Source of the DNA: Halarcobacter sp.
Lineage (GTDB): Bacteria > Campylobacterota > Campylobacteria > Campylobacterales > Arcobacteraceae
Assembly (NCBI GenBank): GCA_963676565.1
Contig: OY781089.1
Location: 2,528,001-2,592,000 of the forward strand
Length of the DNA stretch: 64,000 nt
Reading direction: 5' to 3'
Part shown: positions 8,522 through 18,538 of the stretch, in pieces
How positions within the stretch are numbered: the stretch's first letter is position 1
How the letters are laid out: each line of letters begins with the position of its first letter
Program-made: the position numbers and the translations under genes
The notes under the pieces: model-generated
What the model was told of the DNA's origin: nothing
The model's input: the letters and a program-made list of their open reading frames with translations, nothing else
Database searches by the model: none

Positions 8522-10894
8522 ATGAGTAGCACATTTAATTATGAAAACCTTAAACTTTTTTATATAGGAAAAGAAAAAGTAGATGAAAGATTAATCCCAT
8601 TAGTTTATAAAAATAAACAACTCACAACACATGCAGCAATTATTGGTATGACAGGAAGTGGGAAAACAGGACTTGGTATTTCATTACTTGAAGAAGCTGC
8701 TATTGATAATATCCCTTCTATAATTATTGATCCAAAAGGCGATATGGGAAATTTATTATTAACATTTCCCCAATTAAGAGCAAAAGATTTTGAGCCCTGG
8801 ATTGAAGAGCAAGATGCTATTAATAGCTCTATGAGTGTTACTGAACTAGCACAAAAGACAGCTTCTTTATGGGAAAATGGTCTTCTCAATGATTTTCAAA
8901 ATAAAGATAGAATAGAGAAATTAAAAAATAGTGCAGATTTTACGATTTATACTCCAGGAAGTACCTCAGGAGTTCCTGTATCTGTTTTAGCATCTTTTAA
9001 AGCTCCATCAAAAGAAGTTTTAGATGACGCAGATATTTTAAATCAATTAGTTAACTCAACTGTTTCTTCATTACTTTCTTTAATTGAAATAAAAGAAAGT
9101 AACTCTTCAAAGGAGCATATTTTATTATCTTCAATTTTTATGGACTACTACTATCAAGGAAAAGATTTAAGCTTAGAAGAACTCATCTCAAATATTGTAA
9201 GTCCTCCTTTTAAAAAAGTAGGAATATTTGACTTAGACACTTTTTTTGCTTCTGAAGATAGATTAAAATTAGCATTAAAACTAAATTCAATTATTGCAAA
9301 CCCATCATTTAAAACATGGATTCAAGGTGAGCCTCTAGATATATCTAAAATGTTATATGACGAAAATGGAAAAGCAAAAGTATCAATTTTTTCTATTTCC
9401 CATTTAAATGATTCTCAGAGAATGTTCTTTGTATCTCTTTTATTAAATCAAATGGTAGCTTGGATGAGAAGACAAGAGGGAACAAGTTCATTAAAAGCCT
9501 TACTTTACATGGATGAGATTTTCGGATACTTTCCACCATCAAAAAACCCTCCCACAAAACAACCAATGTTAACACTTTTAAAACAAGCCAGATCTTTTGG
9601 TGTAGGAGTTATTTTATCAACACAAAATCCAGTTGATTTAGATTACAAAGGTTTATCAAATATTGGAACCTGGTTTATTGGTAGATTACAAACAAAACAA
9701 GATAAAGAAAAAGTTATTGATGGTTTAACAACAGGAGCCAATTCAAACCTAGATAAAAAAGAGCTTTTTGATTTATTATCTAAACTTGAAAAAAGAAACT
9801 TTATAATGAAAAATATTCATGAAGATACAGTAAAAGTTTTTAAAACAAGATGGGTTTTGTCATATTTAAAGGGTCCTATATCTAAAGAAGATATAAAAAA
9901 ATTGATGTCTGAAAAAATCAAAAAAGCATCAATAAAGAATAAAGAAGAAACTGATAATAAAAAATCTTTAAGAAGAAACCTTGATAATTCTACTAATAAC
10001 ATAAAACCCATAGTTCCAAATGAATTAGAAGAATTATACTTATATAAATCACAAAATGATTCATACCAAATGCAACCTTATCTTTTAGCCTCAAGTGAAA
10101 TAAATTTTTATAATGCAGCCAAAGATATTGATTTAAAAAAACAGATTATTCAAAAAATTTATTTAGATGAAACAAATTTAGAAGTAAACTGGGAGGACTA
10201 TGAATCGCTAAAAGAAAAAGTATTTACTAGAAATGAAAAGATAAACTCTTCTTATTATAACCTTCCAAATTTTATGTTAAACATAAGAGATTTAAAAGAA
10301 ATCCACAAAGATTTTACTAATAGAATCTATAAAAATAATGTTTTAATTCTTTATAAGAATAAACCATTAAAATTACTATCTAAACAAAATGAATCATTAG
10401 AAGATTTTAAAATTAGAATCCAAGATAGATTAAATGAAAATATTGATGAAGAAGTAGAAAAACTTCAAATAAAATTTCAAAGAGATGAAAAAAGATTAGA
10501 AAATAAATTAAATGATTTATATGTAAAACTTGAAAAAGAAAAAGACCAAGCAACAGCAAAAACAACTGATACCTTAATATCAATTGGTTCTTCTATTTTA
10601 GGTGCATTTTTTGGTAAATCTTCATCAAGTAGAACAAATATTGGAAGAGCAGCAAGTGGTATTAAAAATGCTTCAAAAGTATTAAAAGAAAGAAAAGATG
10701 TAAAATTTGTTGAATCAGAAATAGAAGAGGTTTCAAATGAAATCTCTTCTTTAAATCAAAAGCTTGAAATAGAAATTGAAAAAATAAAAGAAGAGTTTAA
10801 CTTCAATAACTATGAAATAGAAGAAGAAAAAGTAAAATTAAGAAGAAAAGATATTTATAATGTATCTATTTCACTTTTATGGGAAGAGGTTTAA
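8522..10894 (+). CDS. HerA/FtsK-superfamily ATPase (DUF87/DUF853-like) with a coiled-coil C-terminus
   Basis: Walker A GMTGSGKT, IIDPKGD, Walker B LYMDE, QARSFGVGVILSTQNP. Confidence 0.75.
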   Translation: MSSTFNYENLKLFYIGKEKVDERLIPLVYKNKQLTTHAAIIGMTGSGKTGLGISLLEEAAIDNIPSIIIDPKGDMGNLLLTFPQLRAKDFEPWIEEQDAINSSMSVTELAQKTASLWENGLLNDFQNKDRIEKLKNSADFTIYTPGSTSGVPVSVLASFKAPSKEVLDDADILNQLVNSTVSSLLSLIEIKESNSSKEHILLSSIFMDYYYQGKDLSLEELISNIVSPPFKKVGIFDLDTFFASEDRLKLALKLNSIIANPSFKTWIQGEPLDISKMLYDENGKAKVSIFSISHLNDSQRMFFVSLLLNQMVAWMRRQEGTSSLKALLYMDEIFGYFPPSKNPPTKQPMLTLLKQARSFGVGVILSTQNPVDLDYKGLSNIGTWFIGRLQTKQDKEKVIDGLTTGANSNLDKKELFDLLSKLEKRNFIMKNIHEDTVKVFKTRWVLSYLKGPISKEDIKKLMSEKIKKASIKNKEETDNKKSLRRNLDNSTNNIKPIVPNELEELYLYKSQNDSYQMQPYLLASSEINFYNAAKDIDLKKQIIQKIYLDETNLEVNWEDYESLKEKVFTRNEKINSSYYNLPNFMLNIRDLKEIHKDFTNRIYKNNVLILYKNKPLKLLSKQNESLEDFKIRIQDRLNENIDEEVEKLQIKFQRDEKRLENKLNDLYVKLEKEKDQATAKTTDTLISIGSSILGAFFGKSSSSRTNIGRAASGIKNASKVLKERKDVKFVESEIEEVSNEISSLNQKLEIEIEKIKEEFNFNNYEIEEEKVKLRRKDIYNVSISLLWEEV

Positions 10895-10895
10895 A

Positions 10896-11372
10896 ATGTT
10901 AAAAGAGTTTATCAGTTCGTTTAAAAGTTGTGTTTTATCAACCATTGATGAAAAAGGAAATCCTTTTTCAAGTTATGCACCTTTTATTATTCAAGATGGG
11001 AAATACTACGTTTATATTAGCTCAATGGCTAAACATACTAAAAATCTTGATTTACATAAAAAAGTAGCATTATTTTTTGTTGAAGATGAAATTAGTTGTG
11101 AAAATATATTTGGTAGAAAAAGAGTTGTTTTACAATGTAATTCAAATAAACTTCCAAGGGATACAGATAGCTTTGAAGAACTTGTAAATATTTTTGAAAA
11201 GAAACATGGTTCTACTATGAAAATGTTAAAATCAATGAAAGATTTTTCATTTTATGAATTTGAAGTTTTTGATGGTGAAGCTGTATTTGGCTTTGGAGAA
11301 GCCTACAATGTAGGTGGAAAAAATTTCGATGAATTAGTAGAAAGAAAAGGATTAAGTGGCCATAAGAAATAA
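10896..11372 (+). CDS. Split-barrel pyridoxamine-phosphate-oxidase family protein (HugZ/HutZ-like haem utilisation)
   Basis: SYAPF, YISSMAKHTKNL, IFGRKR and VFGFGEAY motifs; likely start 10896, 1 nt after the upstream stop. Confidence 0.75.
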   Translation: MLKEFISSFKSCVLSTIDEKGNPFSSYAPFIIQDGKYYVYISSMAKHTKNLDLHKKVALFFVEDEISCENIFGRKRVVLQCNSNKLPRDTDSFEELVNIFEKKHGSTMKMLKSMKDFSFYEFEVFDGEAVFGFGEAYNVGGKNFDELVERKGLSGHKK

Positions 11373-11377
11373 ATCTC

Positions 11378-12019
11378 TTATGGTGCCAGTCTTTCTACTT
11401 TCCAAGTGTTATCTTCTTGTAAGGTATAAACAAATCTATCATGCAATCTATTCTCTCCACCTTGCCAAAACTCAATTTTAATAGGCTTTACAATATAACC
11501 TCCCCAAAAATCAGGGAAAGGTATCTCTCCTTTTACAAACTTGTTTTTTATTTCGTTAAATTTTGCTTCAAGTAAAGATCTTGAGCTAATAACTTCACTT
11601 TGGTGAGAAACCCAAGCACCTATTTGGCTACCTTTAGGTCTAGATAAAAAATATTTTAAAGACTCTTTTGTAGAAATTTTTTCTATAGTTCCTTCAATTT
11701 TCACTTGTCTATCTAATTCTAGCCAAGGGAATAACATCCCTGCATAAGGGTTTTCTTCAATATCAACTGCTTTTTTCGATTTATAATTAGAGAAAAAGAC
11801 AAAACCATTTTTATCGAAAATTTTCATTAAAACAGTTCTTACACTTGGAATTTTATCATTTCCAACCGTTGCAAGGGCAAAAGCATTTGGCTCAGTAAGT
11901 TTTGCATCAAGAGCTTGTTGAAACCACAACTCAAATTGTAGCATTGGATCGGGATTTAAATCTTTTTCATCAAGACCTTTTTTTCTATATTCCCGTCTCA
12001 TAGATGTTGCATCAATCAA
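11378..12019 (-). CDS. pdxH: Pyridoxamine 5'-phosphate oxidase
   Basis: EPNAFALAT, RQVKIEG, YFLSRP and IEFWQGGENRLHDR motifs. Confidence 0.95.
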   Translation of the reverse strand: MIDATSMRREYRKKGLDEKDLNPDPMLQFELWFQQALDAKLTEPNAFALATVGNDKIPSVRTVLMKIFDKNGFVFFSNYKSKKAVDIEENPYAGMLFPWLELDRQVKIEGTIEKISTKESLKYFLSRPKGSQIGAWVSHQSEVISSRSLLEAKFNEIKNKFVKGEIPFPDFWGGYIVKPIKIEFWQGGENRLHDRFVYTLQEDNTWKVERLAP

Positions 12020-12109
12020 TTTGTTTTCCTAATGTTAATATTTATAATTTTAACATTTTTAAATGTAAGTTTGTAGTAGATTTTTGAATATAGAAGCAGA
12101 AATAAAAAA

Positions 12110-12793
12110 TTATTCTTCTATTTCTGCTGTAGATTGAGATTCTAATTCTTTTTGTGAATCTGTTTTTAAAAGCTCTGAAATTTTTTCATCTATTATTGTT
12201 AAGGTCTCTTTTTGTGTTTGATATGAAATTTCAGGTAATGTTCCACCCCACATTTTTTCAGCCTCTTCAAAACCTTGAACAACACCTCTTCTTGCTTCTT
12301 GTAATGCTTCTACATTATCTCCTGCAAGATTTATAACAAAAGAACTAACTCTTTTAGATGTTTCTGAAATACCAAAAAATCCTTCATCAGAAACTAAATC
12401 TTTCGCCTCATCTGCAGATAATTCAGTAATAGGTTTACCATCATATCCAATAGATTTTAAAGAAAAGCCACCATCAATCTCTTTTCCAGATAAAAAATCA
12501 TACACTTCTGTATTGTTAATAATGTTCATTAATGAACTTTGAGCTGAAGTATTTCCTTGAGAGTATTCAACACTTTTTATGTTTAAAAATACTTTCAAGC
12601 TTTCCATTGAAATTGAAACATTAACTGCAGAATTATGAATTTTACTTTCATTATTTGCGGGGTCATGAATCTTATGGCCTTCTAAAGGATTTTGCACTTT
12701 ATTATGTTCAGCCACTTTTTCATAAGCTTTTGCTTTTTCAGCTTGAAATGTACTATTTAACTGATTATCAACGTTTAAACTGACTGCATCCAT
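12110..12793 (-). CDS. Hypothetical protein (DUF5610-like C-terminal helical domain)
   Basis: EAKDLVSDEGFFG...GFEEAEKMWGGTLPEIS motif; AAGGAG SD. Confidence 0.5.
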   Translation of the reverse strand: MDAVSLNVDNQLNSTFQAEKAKAYEKVAEHNKVQNPLEGHKIHDPANNESKIHNSAVNVSISMESLKVFLNIKSVEYSQGNTSAQSSLMNIINNTEVYDFLSGKEIDGGFSLKSIGYDGKPITELSADEAKDLVSDEGFFGISETSKRVSSFVINLAGDNVEALQEARRGVVQGFEEAEKMWGGTLPEISYQTQKETLTIIDEKISELLKTDSQKELESQSTAEIEE

Positions 12794-12958
12794 TTCAAAC
12801 TCCTTATTATATATTATCTAACTTTACTATTACATTTCTTAATATTAGCTTATATAAGAATCTTTATTTATATAATATTTACTTTTATCTTTAATTTTAT
12901 TTCTATATTTTATTTTAGTTTTTTTTCACTATAATATTTGCGATTAGGGGAAACATTA

Positions 12959-14743
12959 ATGATTAGATTTTTTTATTTTTTATTTTTCACAACAATTTTT
13001 GCATATGCAAACACCTCAAGTTATACTACTACTGAACAAAATGTTTTTGAAATGAATCAAGGAAATAAAGTACTTATACCTTTTGAAGACGAGTTTCTAA
13101 AAAAAGAAATAAAAGTAGAGATAAAAAAATTATTAAAAATAAAAAACCCTTCAAAACTAAGTTATAATCTAACAAGAAAATATTATAAATACCATAATTT
13201 TAATCCTTTTTTTGTATCTGATAAAGGAATAAAAAATATTGCCTTTGAACTTCTTACAACTATTAAGAAAGATGAAATCTTAAAACCTATCATCTCTAAA
13301 TTTTTTGACATTGATTCAATTGAGAAACAAATTAATCTAATAAATCAAAAAACTCTTGATGCAAAAGAGTTAGTAAAATTAGATTTTATGTTGATTTCCA
13401 CTTATCACATATATATGAGACACCTATCAAATGGTATTATTGATTGGGAAAAGTTTGAAGAAGACCTAGCAAAACTTGAAGAAGAGGAAGAGATAATTGC
13501 AAAGTGGCAAAGATACAAAGTTTTTACTAATTATAGAAAACTACTTTATAAAGCTGTTGAAAATGATGATATTTCTTTAGCAATTGATAAAACTAACTAC
13601 ACTTTTCCCAAAGTAAAAGAGTTATCAAATACTATTAATAAATACGAAGAGATTAAAAAAAATGGTGGTTTCTTAAGAATTCCAGAAATAACAAAATCTC
13701 TAAAAAAAGATAATTATTATTCTCAAATTTATTATTTAAGACAAAGGCTTTATCAAAGTGGTGACTTAGAAAATACAGATTGTGAAATAGAAGATAAAAT
13801 TGATGAAAATAATAATATAAAAAAGTGTTATGAATATTTCGATAATTCAGTTTTTGAAGCAGTTAAAACATTTCAAAAAAGACATGGATTAATTGATGAT
13901 GGAATTGTTGGTAAAAATACAATTAAATGGTTAAATCTTTCAATTGATGAAAGAATTAAAATCATAAGACTAAATCTTGAAAGAATGAGATGGCTACCAA
14001 GAAACCTTGGAGAAAAATATATAATTGTTAATATTCCTGATTTTCAACTAAAAATGTATAATAACTCAGAAAAGATTTTGGATATGGCTGTAGTCGTAGG
14101 AGAAAGAGAGCACCCTACTCCAATTTTTAGCCACAAAGTATCAACAGTAGTTCTAAACCCTTATTGGAGAATACCTCAAAGAATTGTAAGACGTGAAATT
14201 ATCCCAAAACTTGTAGAAGATTCTATGTATTTAGTTGAAAATGAGATTAAAGCATTTGAAAATTGGGATCATAAATCAATGGAATATGACGTATCGGCAG
14301 TTGATTGGAGTATGTATTTAGATAATGAATTAATTGGTACTAGTGAATCTGCTCCAATGAGATTTATTCAAATCCCTGGAGATAAAAACCCTCTAGGAAG
14401 AATGAAGTTTTTATTTCCAAATAAATACTCTGTATATCTTCATGATACGCCAGCAAAATCTTTATTTAAAAAATCATCGAGAGCCTTTTCCCATGGATGT
14501 ATTAGAGTTTCAAAACCACATGAATTACTAAAGGTAATTGCAGATGAAGATAAAACTTTTAAATACGAAGAGGCTCAAAAAATTTTAGATGATATTGAGA
14601 AAAAAGATTTAGATTTAAAAAATAAAATTCCTGTTCATATAGTTTATTTAACTTCTTGGATTGACGAGGAAGGGAATATACAATTTAGGGATGATATTTA
14701 CAACTATGATAAGATGCAAATAAAATATATTTATGAAAATTAA
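12959..14743 (+). CDS. L,D-transpeptidase (YcbB/LdtD family) with a peptidoglycan-binding domain
   Basis: AVKTFQKRHGL-x2-DGIVG PG-binding motif; VYLHDTP...SHGCIR catalytic motif; signal peptide from ATG 12959. Confidence 0.9.
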   Translation: MIRFFYFLFFTTIFAYANTSSYTTTEQNVFEMNQGNKVLIPFEDEFLKKEIKVEIKKLLKIKNPSKLSYNLTRKYYKYHNFNPFFVSDKGIKNIAFELLTTIKKDEILKPIISKFFDIDSIEKQINLINQKTLDAKELVKLDFMLISTYHIYMRHLSNGIIDWEKFEEDLAKLEEEEEIIAKWQRYKVFTNYRKLLYKAVENDDISLAIDKTNYTFPKVKELSNTINKYEEIKKNGGFLRIPEITKSLKKDNYYSQIYYLRQRLYQSGDLENTDCEIEDKIDENNNIKKCYEYFDNSVFEAVKTFQKRHGLIDDGIVGKNTIKWLNLSIDERIKIIRLNLERMRWLPRNLGEKYIIVNIPDFQLKMYNNSEKILDMAVVVGEREHPTPIFSHKVSTVVLNPYWRIPQRIVRREIIPKLVEDSMYLVENEIKAFENWDHKSMEYDVSAVDWSMYLDNELIGTSESAPMRFIQIPGDKNPLGRMKFLFPNKYSVYLHDTPAKSLFKKSSRAFSHGCIRVSKPHELLKVIADEDKTFKYEEAQKILDDIEKKDLDLKNKIPVHIVYLTSWIDEEGNIQFRDDIYNYDKMQIKYIYEN

Positions 14744-15861
14744 GAGACAAATTTAAAAGTTTTTAAACTCTCTTTTAATTGTTTTATATCATCTAACTGT
14801 AAAAAATACTCAGGTTTTACAAGATATTTCATAAATCTAACTTCAGCATTTGTAAAACCATCTAACTCTTTATCTTTTATAGAGGTTTCTTTAGTAGTTA
14901 TTCTAACCCTTTTTAGTTTTCCATTTTGATTTTTTACATAAAAAACTAAATCAAAATCTTTTGTATTTATTTTTTCAATGGTTACAAATACATTTAAAAT
15001 ATAATCTGAATATGAAGGTACAAGCTTTAAAAACTCATCAATATCTAAAAAACCTATGTAAAGCTTCGTATAGATACCAAAATATAAAGAGAGTTTTTTT
15101 GATTTAAAAAAGTTTAAATCCACAAAACCTTTTTCTCTACTTTTTTTAAATATCCACTCCAATGTTTGAAAATATATAAATTTTGAGTGTCTTATTGTAT
15201 ATGCTTCTATAAATTTTTCATGGGTATATGGTGTTTTAAAATTACGTTTTTTTCTATTAAAAACAAGTTGTTTTAAAAGTTCATCATCATTTAAATCTTT
15301 TGTAATCCAAATAGTACAATATTGAGGAAACCTTTTTAATCCAACTGTTCCTTGTGTCAAAATTATTAAGGCTCTAATATGATACTTTGGGAATAAAACC
15401 TTTAATAAAGCATATTTCTTTTCTAATCTTTTATTTAAGCTAACTGTTTTCTTAGAAGTACTCATCTCTACAAAATAAAGTGCATCATTGGTAAAAAAAA
15501 GTGCATCAAATTCACTTATATCTTTATAATTTGATTTATAAGCAATTTGTAGTTTTTTATCAATCATTAAACCTGTTTTATAAAACTTATCTATTCTATT
15601 TTGGTGAGGGCCTTTTAAAACAAACTTTGTGATAAATTGATTATGTAAGGCATATTCTAATAGTAATTCATAAATAATGTTTTCAAAAACTTCACCTTTA
15701 AAACTATTATATGTAGCAATATCCTCTAAAGGGATCTCTTCATTTTCTGATTTTAAAAGGGGTTTTACATTTCTTGAATCATATTTATAGAAGAATAGAT
15801 GTTCTTTAATTTTTGATGTGTCTAAATTTTTTATTTCTTTTGATATTTTTAACTGCTGCAA
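14740..15861 (-). CDS. Hypothetical protein, possible PD-(D/E)XK-like fold
   Basis: GEVFE helix, then SEFDALF-x6-YFVEMS. Confidence 0.5.
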   Translation of the reverse strand: MQQLKISKEIKNLDTSKIKEHLFFYKYDSRNVKPLLKSENEEIPLEDIATYNSFKGEVFENIIYELLLEYALHNQFITKFVLKGPHQNRIDKFYKTGLMIDKKLQIAYKSNYKDISEFDALFFTNDALYFVEMSTSKKTVSLNKRLEKKYALLKVLFPKYHIRALIILTQGTVGLKRFPQYCTIWITKDLNDDELLKQLVFNRKKRNFKTPYTHEKFIEAYTIRHSKFIYFQTLEWIFKKSREKGFVDLNFFKSKKLSLYFGIYTKLYIGFLDIDEFLKLVPSYSDYILNVFVTIEKINTKDFDLVFYVKNQNGKLKRVRITTKETSIKDKELDGFTNAEVRFMKYLVKPEYFLQLDDIKQLKESLKTFKFVS

Positions 15862-15981
15862 ATCACTTAACTTTCTTTAAAAACCTTTAATTTTGGGGAT
15901 TATACCTAAACTAAGCAACTTTGTAAAGTGAATTTAAATAAATAAAAATATAATTATTTAAAATAAAAGAAAATGGGTTAT

Positions 15982-16500
15982 ATGAAACATATCGTACTTT
16001 TAATTATTATAGTTTTTACTTTTGTTGCTTGTGGTACAAAACAGATTACAAAAAATAAGATTTTGGAACAAAAAGAGAATAATGTTTTAAAACTTTACTC
16101 TAAAGTTATCTCTTTATCAGAAAAGATAGATAAGCAAGAAGCAAAAGAGTTTTCACAAGAAGTTATATTCTTTTCAAAAAAATTAGCCTTTGAATATGAG
16201 GTTCAAACTCCTGCTTTGATGCACAATACCTTAATCAATTTAGGTTTAAAACAAAGGGGACTTTGTTATCATTATGCTAATGATTTGTTAAGTTTTCTTA
16301 AAAGTAAAAACTTCAAAACTATAAATTTTAAAAAAGTTATTGCAAAAAGAGGTGAATATTTTGAACATACTGCCTTGATTTTGACTAGAGATGACATTAA
16401 ATTTGAAAATGCTATTATATTTGATGCTTGGAGAAATTCAGGTGAACTTTTTTTTAGTAGCATAAAAAATGATACAAGATACAAATGGGAGTTAAAATAG
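15982..16500 (+). CDS. Hypothetical lipoprotein with a papain/transglutaminase-like Cys-His-Asp pattern
   Basis: Lipobox FVAC; GLCYH, EHTAL and IFDAW motifs. Confidence 0.6.
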   Translation: MKHIVLLIIIVFTFVACGTKQITKNKILEQKENNVLKLYSKVISLSEKIDKQEAKEFSQEVIFFSKKLAFEYEVQTPALMHNTLINLGLKQRGLCYHYANDLLSFLKSKNFKTINFKKVIAKRGEYFEHTALILTRDDIKFENAIIFDAWRNSGELFFSSIKNDTRYKWELK

Positions 16501-17190
16501 ATGAAAAAAAATATATTAATCACAGGTTGTAGTTCAGGGCTAGGACTTGCATTAACAAACTATTATTTAGATAAAGAGTATATAATTTATGGAATTAGTA
16601 GAACAAAACCAAATATAGAACATGAAAACTTTTATTTTAAAAAATATGATTTATCAAAAATTGAACTTATAAATCAAGAGCTAACTGCATTTTTATCACA
16701 GGTAAAAGAGTTTGAAGTAGTTTATTTAAATGCTGGTATGCTAGGTGGAATTAAAATATTAAAAGATTTATCAATTGATGAAATAAAAGAAGTTTTAGAC
16801 TTAAATGTTTTTGCAAATAAAGAACTTCTTGATATCCTAAGCCCCATGCAAATAAAAACAATAATTGGTATATCATCTGGAGCTTCAATTAAAGGCTCAA
16901 AAGGATGGGGAGCATATTCACTTTCAAAGTCTAGTTTAAATATGTTACTTTCACTTTATTCAAAAGAGATGTTAGATACAAAACTTCTTGCTGTTGCCCC
17001 TGGAGTTATTGAAACACCAATGACTGATGTAATTAGATTTGATGTAGATGATAATATATTTACCTCTGCGAAGGTTTTAAAAGAAGGAGAAATCCAACAG
17101 CCACTTGATACAGCTGCTAGATTAGATGAAGTTGTAAAAAGAGCTGATGAATTTGAATCAGGTTCTTTTATTGATGTAAGAAATATATAA
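16501..17190 (+). CDS. Short-chain dehydrogenase/reductase
   Basis: TGCSSGLG, NAG and YSLSK motifs. Confidence 0.9.
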   Translation: MKKNILITGCSSGLGLALTNYYLDKEYIIYGISRTKPNIEHENFYFKKYDLSKIELINQELTAFLSQVKEFEVVYLNAGMLGGIKILKDLSIDEIKEVLDLNVFANKELLDILSPMQIKTIIGISSGASIKGSKGWGAYSLSKSSLNMLLSLYSKEMLDTKLLAVAPGVIETPMTDVIRFDVDDNIFTSAKVLKEGEIQQPLDTAARLDEVVKRADEFESGSFIDVRNI

Positions 17191-17192
17191 AG

Positions 17193-18449
17193 TTATATAC
17201 CCTTTTCTTTTTTAATCTTTTTGATATTTGATAACATCAAAATTGAGATAAGTAAAGCTACTAAGAAAAATCCTGAAAACACATATAGTGTTTGAGAATA
17301 GCTTCCTGTTACATCTTTTACAATTGAGATAATTAATGGACCAACTAAACCAGCTGCTGCCCATGCTGTTAAGATATATCCATGTATAGCACCTAACTCT
17401 TTTGTTCCAAAAATATCACCAATATAAGCTGGGATTGAAGCAAAACCTCCACCATAACAACTCATAATAAAATATAAAATCACTTGAAATACAACAATTT
17501 CAGTAATTGAAGGTAACATATAAAAAGCAACTGCTTGTGTTGCAAAAAAGATGATATAAACAACTGGTCTTGTCAAAAGGTCTGATAATGAAGCCCAGAA
17601 AATTCTTCCTGCACCATTGAATATACCCATTAAACCAACTGCCGCAGCTGCTGCAATTGCTGAGATTCCAACAACTTCTTGAAGTAAAGGAGAAGCAACA
17701 CCAATAATTGCAATACCACATGTAACATTTATAAATAACATCAACCATAAGCCATAAAATCTAGAAGTTTTAACAGCTTCATTAACTGTTAAATTTGCTA
17801 AGTCTTTTTTTAACTTCTTCTTACCAGATGCAATTTTCTTTTTAAATTTTTCTGGCATAAAATCTTCTTCTGGCTTTTGTAAATAAAGAGCAGATAAAAA
17901 CATAACTACAAAATAGATGGCACCTAAAATAAAAAATGTATTTGAAATTCCAACTTTTTCTATTAAAATTTTAATTGTAGGACCCCAAATAGCCGAAGCA
18001 AAACCAAATCCCATAATTGCTAAACCAGTAGCCATTCCTCTTTTATCAGGGAACCACTTTACTAAAGTTGAAACTGGTGAAATATAACCAATACCTAAAC
18101 CACATCCCCCTAATACTCCATAAAAAAAGTATAAAAGTAGTTTTGATTCCATCAAGATTGCAAGACCTGAACCAATGGTACCTAAACCAAATAATGAAGC
18201 AGCAATTAATGCTGATACCCTAGGTCCATTTTTTTCCACAAATTTACCCATAAGTGCAGCAGATAATCCTAAAAAGAAAATTGCAACACTAAATGCAATA
18301 GTTACATCAGTTAAGTTCCATTGCATCTGTTCTTGGATTGGTTTTACATAAACACTCCATGCATACACAGAACCAATACAAATATGTACACCAACAGCAG
18401 CAAGTGCCATTAGCCATCTATTTTTTTCAATCATTATTTTATTCCCCAT
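17193..18449 (-). CDS. MFS transporter, oxalate/formate antiporter (OFA) family
   Basis: GSVYAWS and KWFPDKRGMATG motifs; about 12 TM segments. Confidence 0.88.
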   Translation of the reverse strand: MGNKIMIEKNRWLMALAAVGVHICIGSVYAWSVYVKPIQEQMQWNLTDVTIAFSVAIFFLGLSAALMGKFVEKNGPRVSALIAASLFGLGTIGSGLAILMESKLLLYFFYGVLGGCGLGIGYISPVSTLVKWFPDKRGMATGLAIMGFGFASAIWGPTIKILIEKVGISNTFFILGAIYFVVMFLSALYLQKPEEDFMPEKFKKKIASGKKKLKKDLANLTVNEAVKTSRFYGLWLMLFINVTCGIAIIGVASPLLQEVVGISAIAAAAAVGLMGIFNGAGRIFWASLSDLLTRPVVYIIFFATQAVAFYMLPSITEIVVFQVILYFIMSCYGGGFASIPAYIGDIFGTKELGAIHGYILTAWAAAGLVGPLIISIVKDVTGSYSQTLYVFSGFFLVALLISILMLSNIKKIKKEKGI

Positions 18450-18512
18450 ATGTAAAATGAAAAAAGATTTTATCTATATTTTTTATTAAAAAGCTAAAAG
18501 AAGGGAATTAAT

Positions 18513-18538
18513 AAGAACTAAGCTTAAGCTTAGTTCTT
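18513..18538 (-). terminator. Perfect 26-bp palindrome over the sstT stop, probable terminator
   Basis: AAGAACTAAGCTT/AAGCTTAGTTCTT. Confidence 0.55.
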
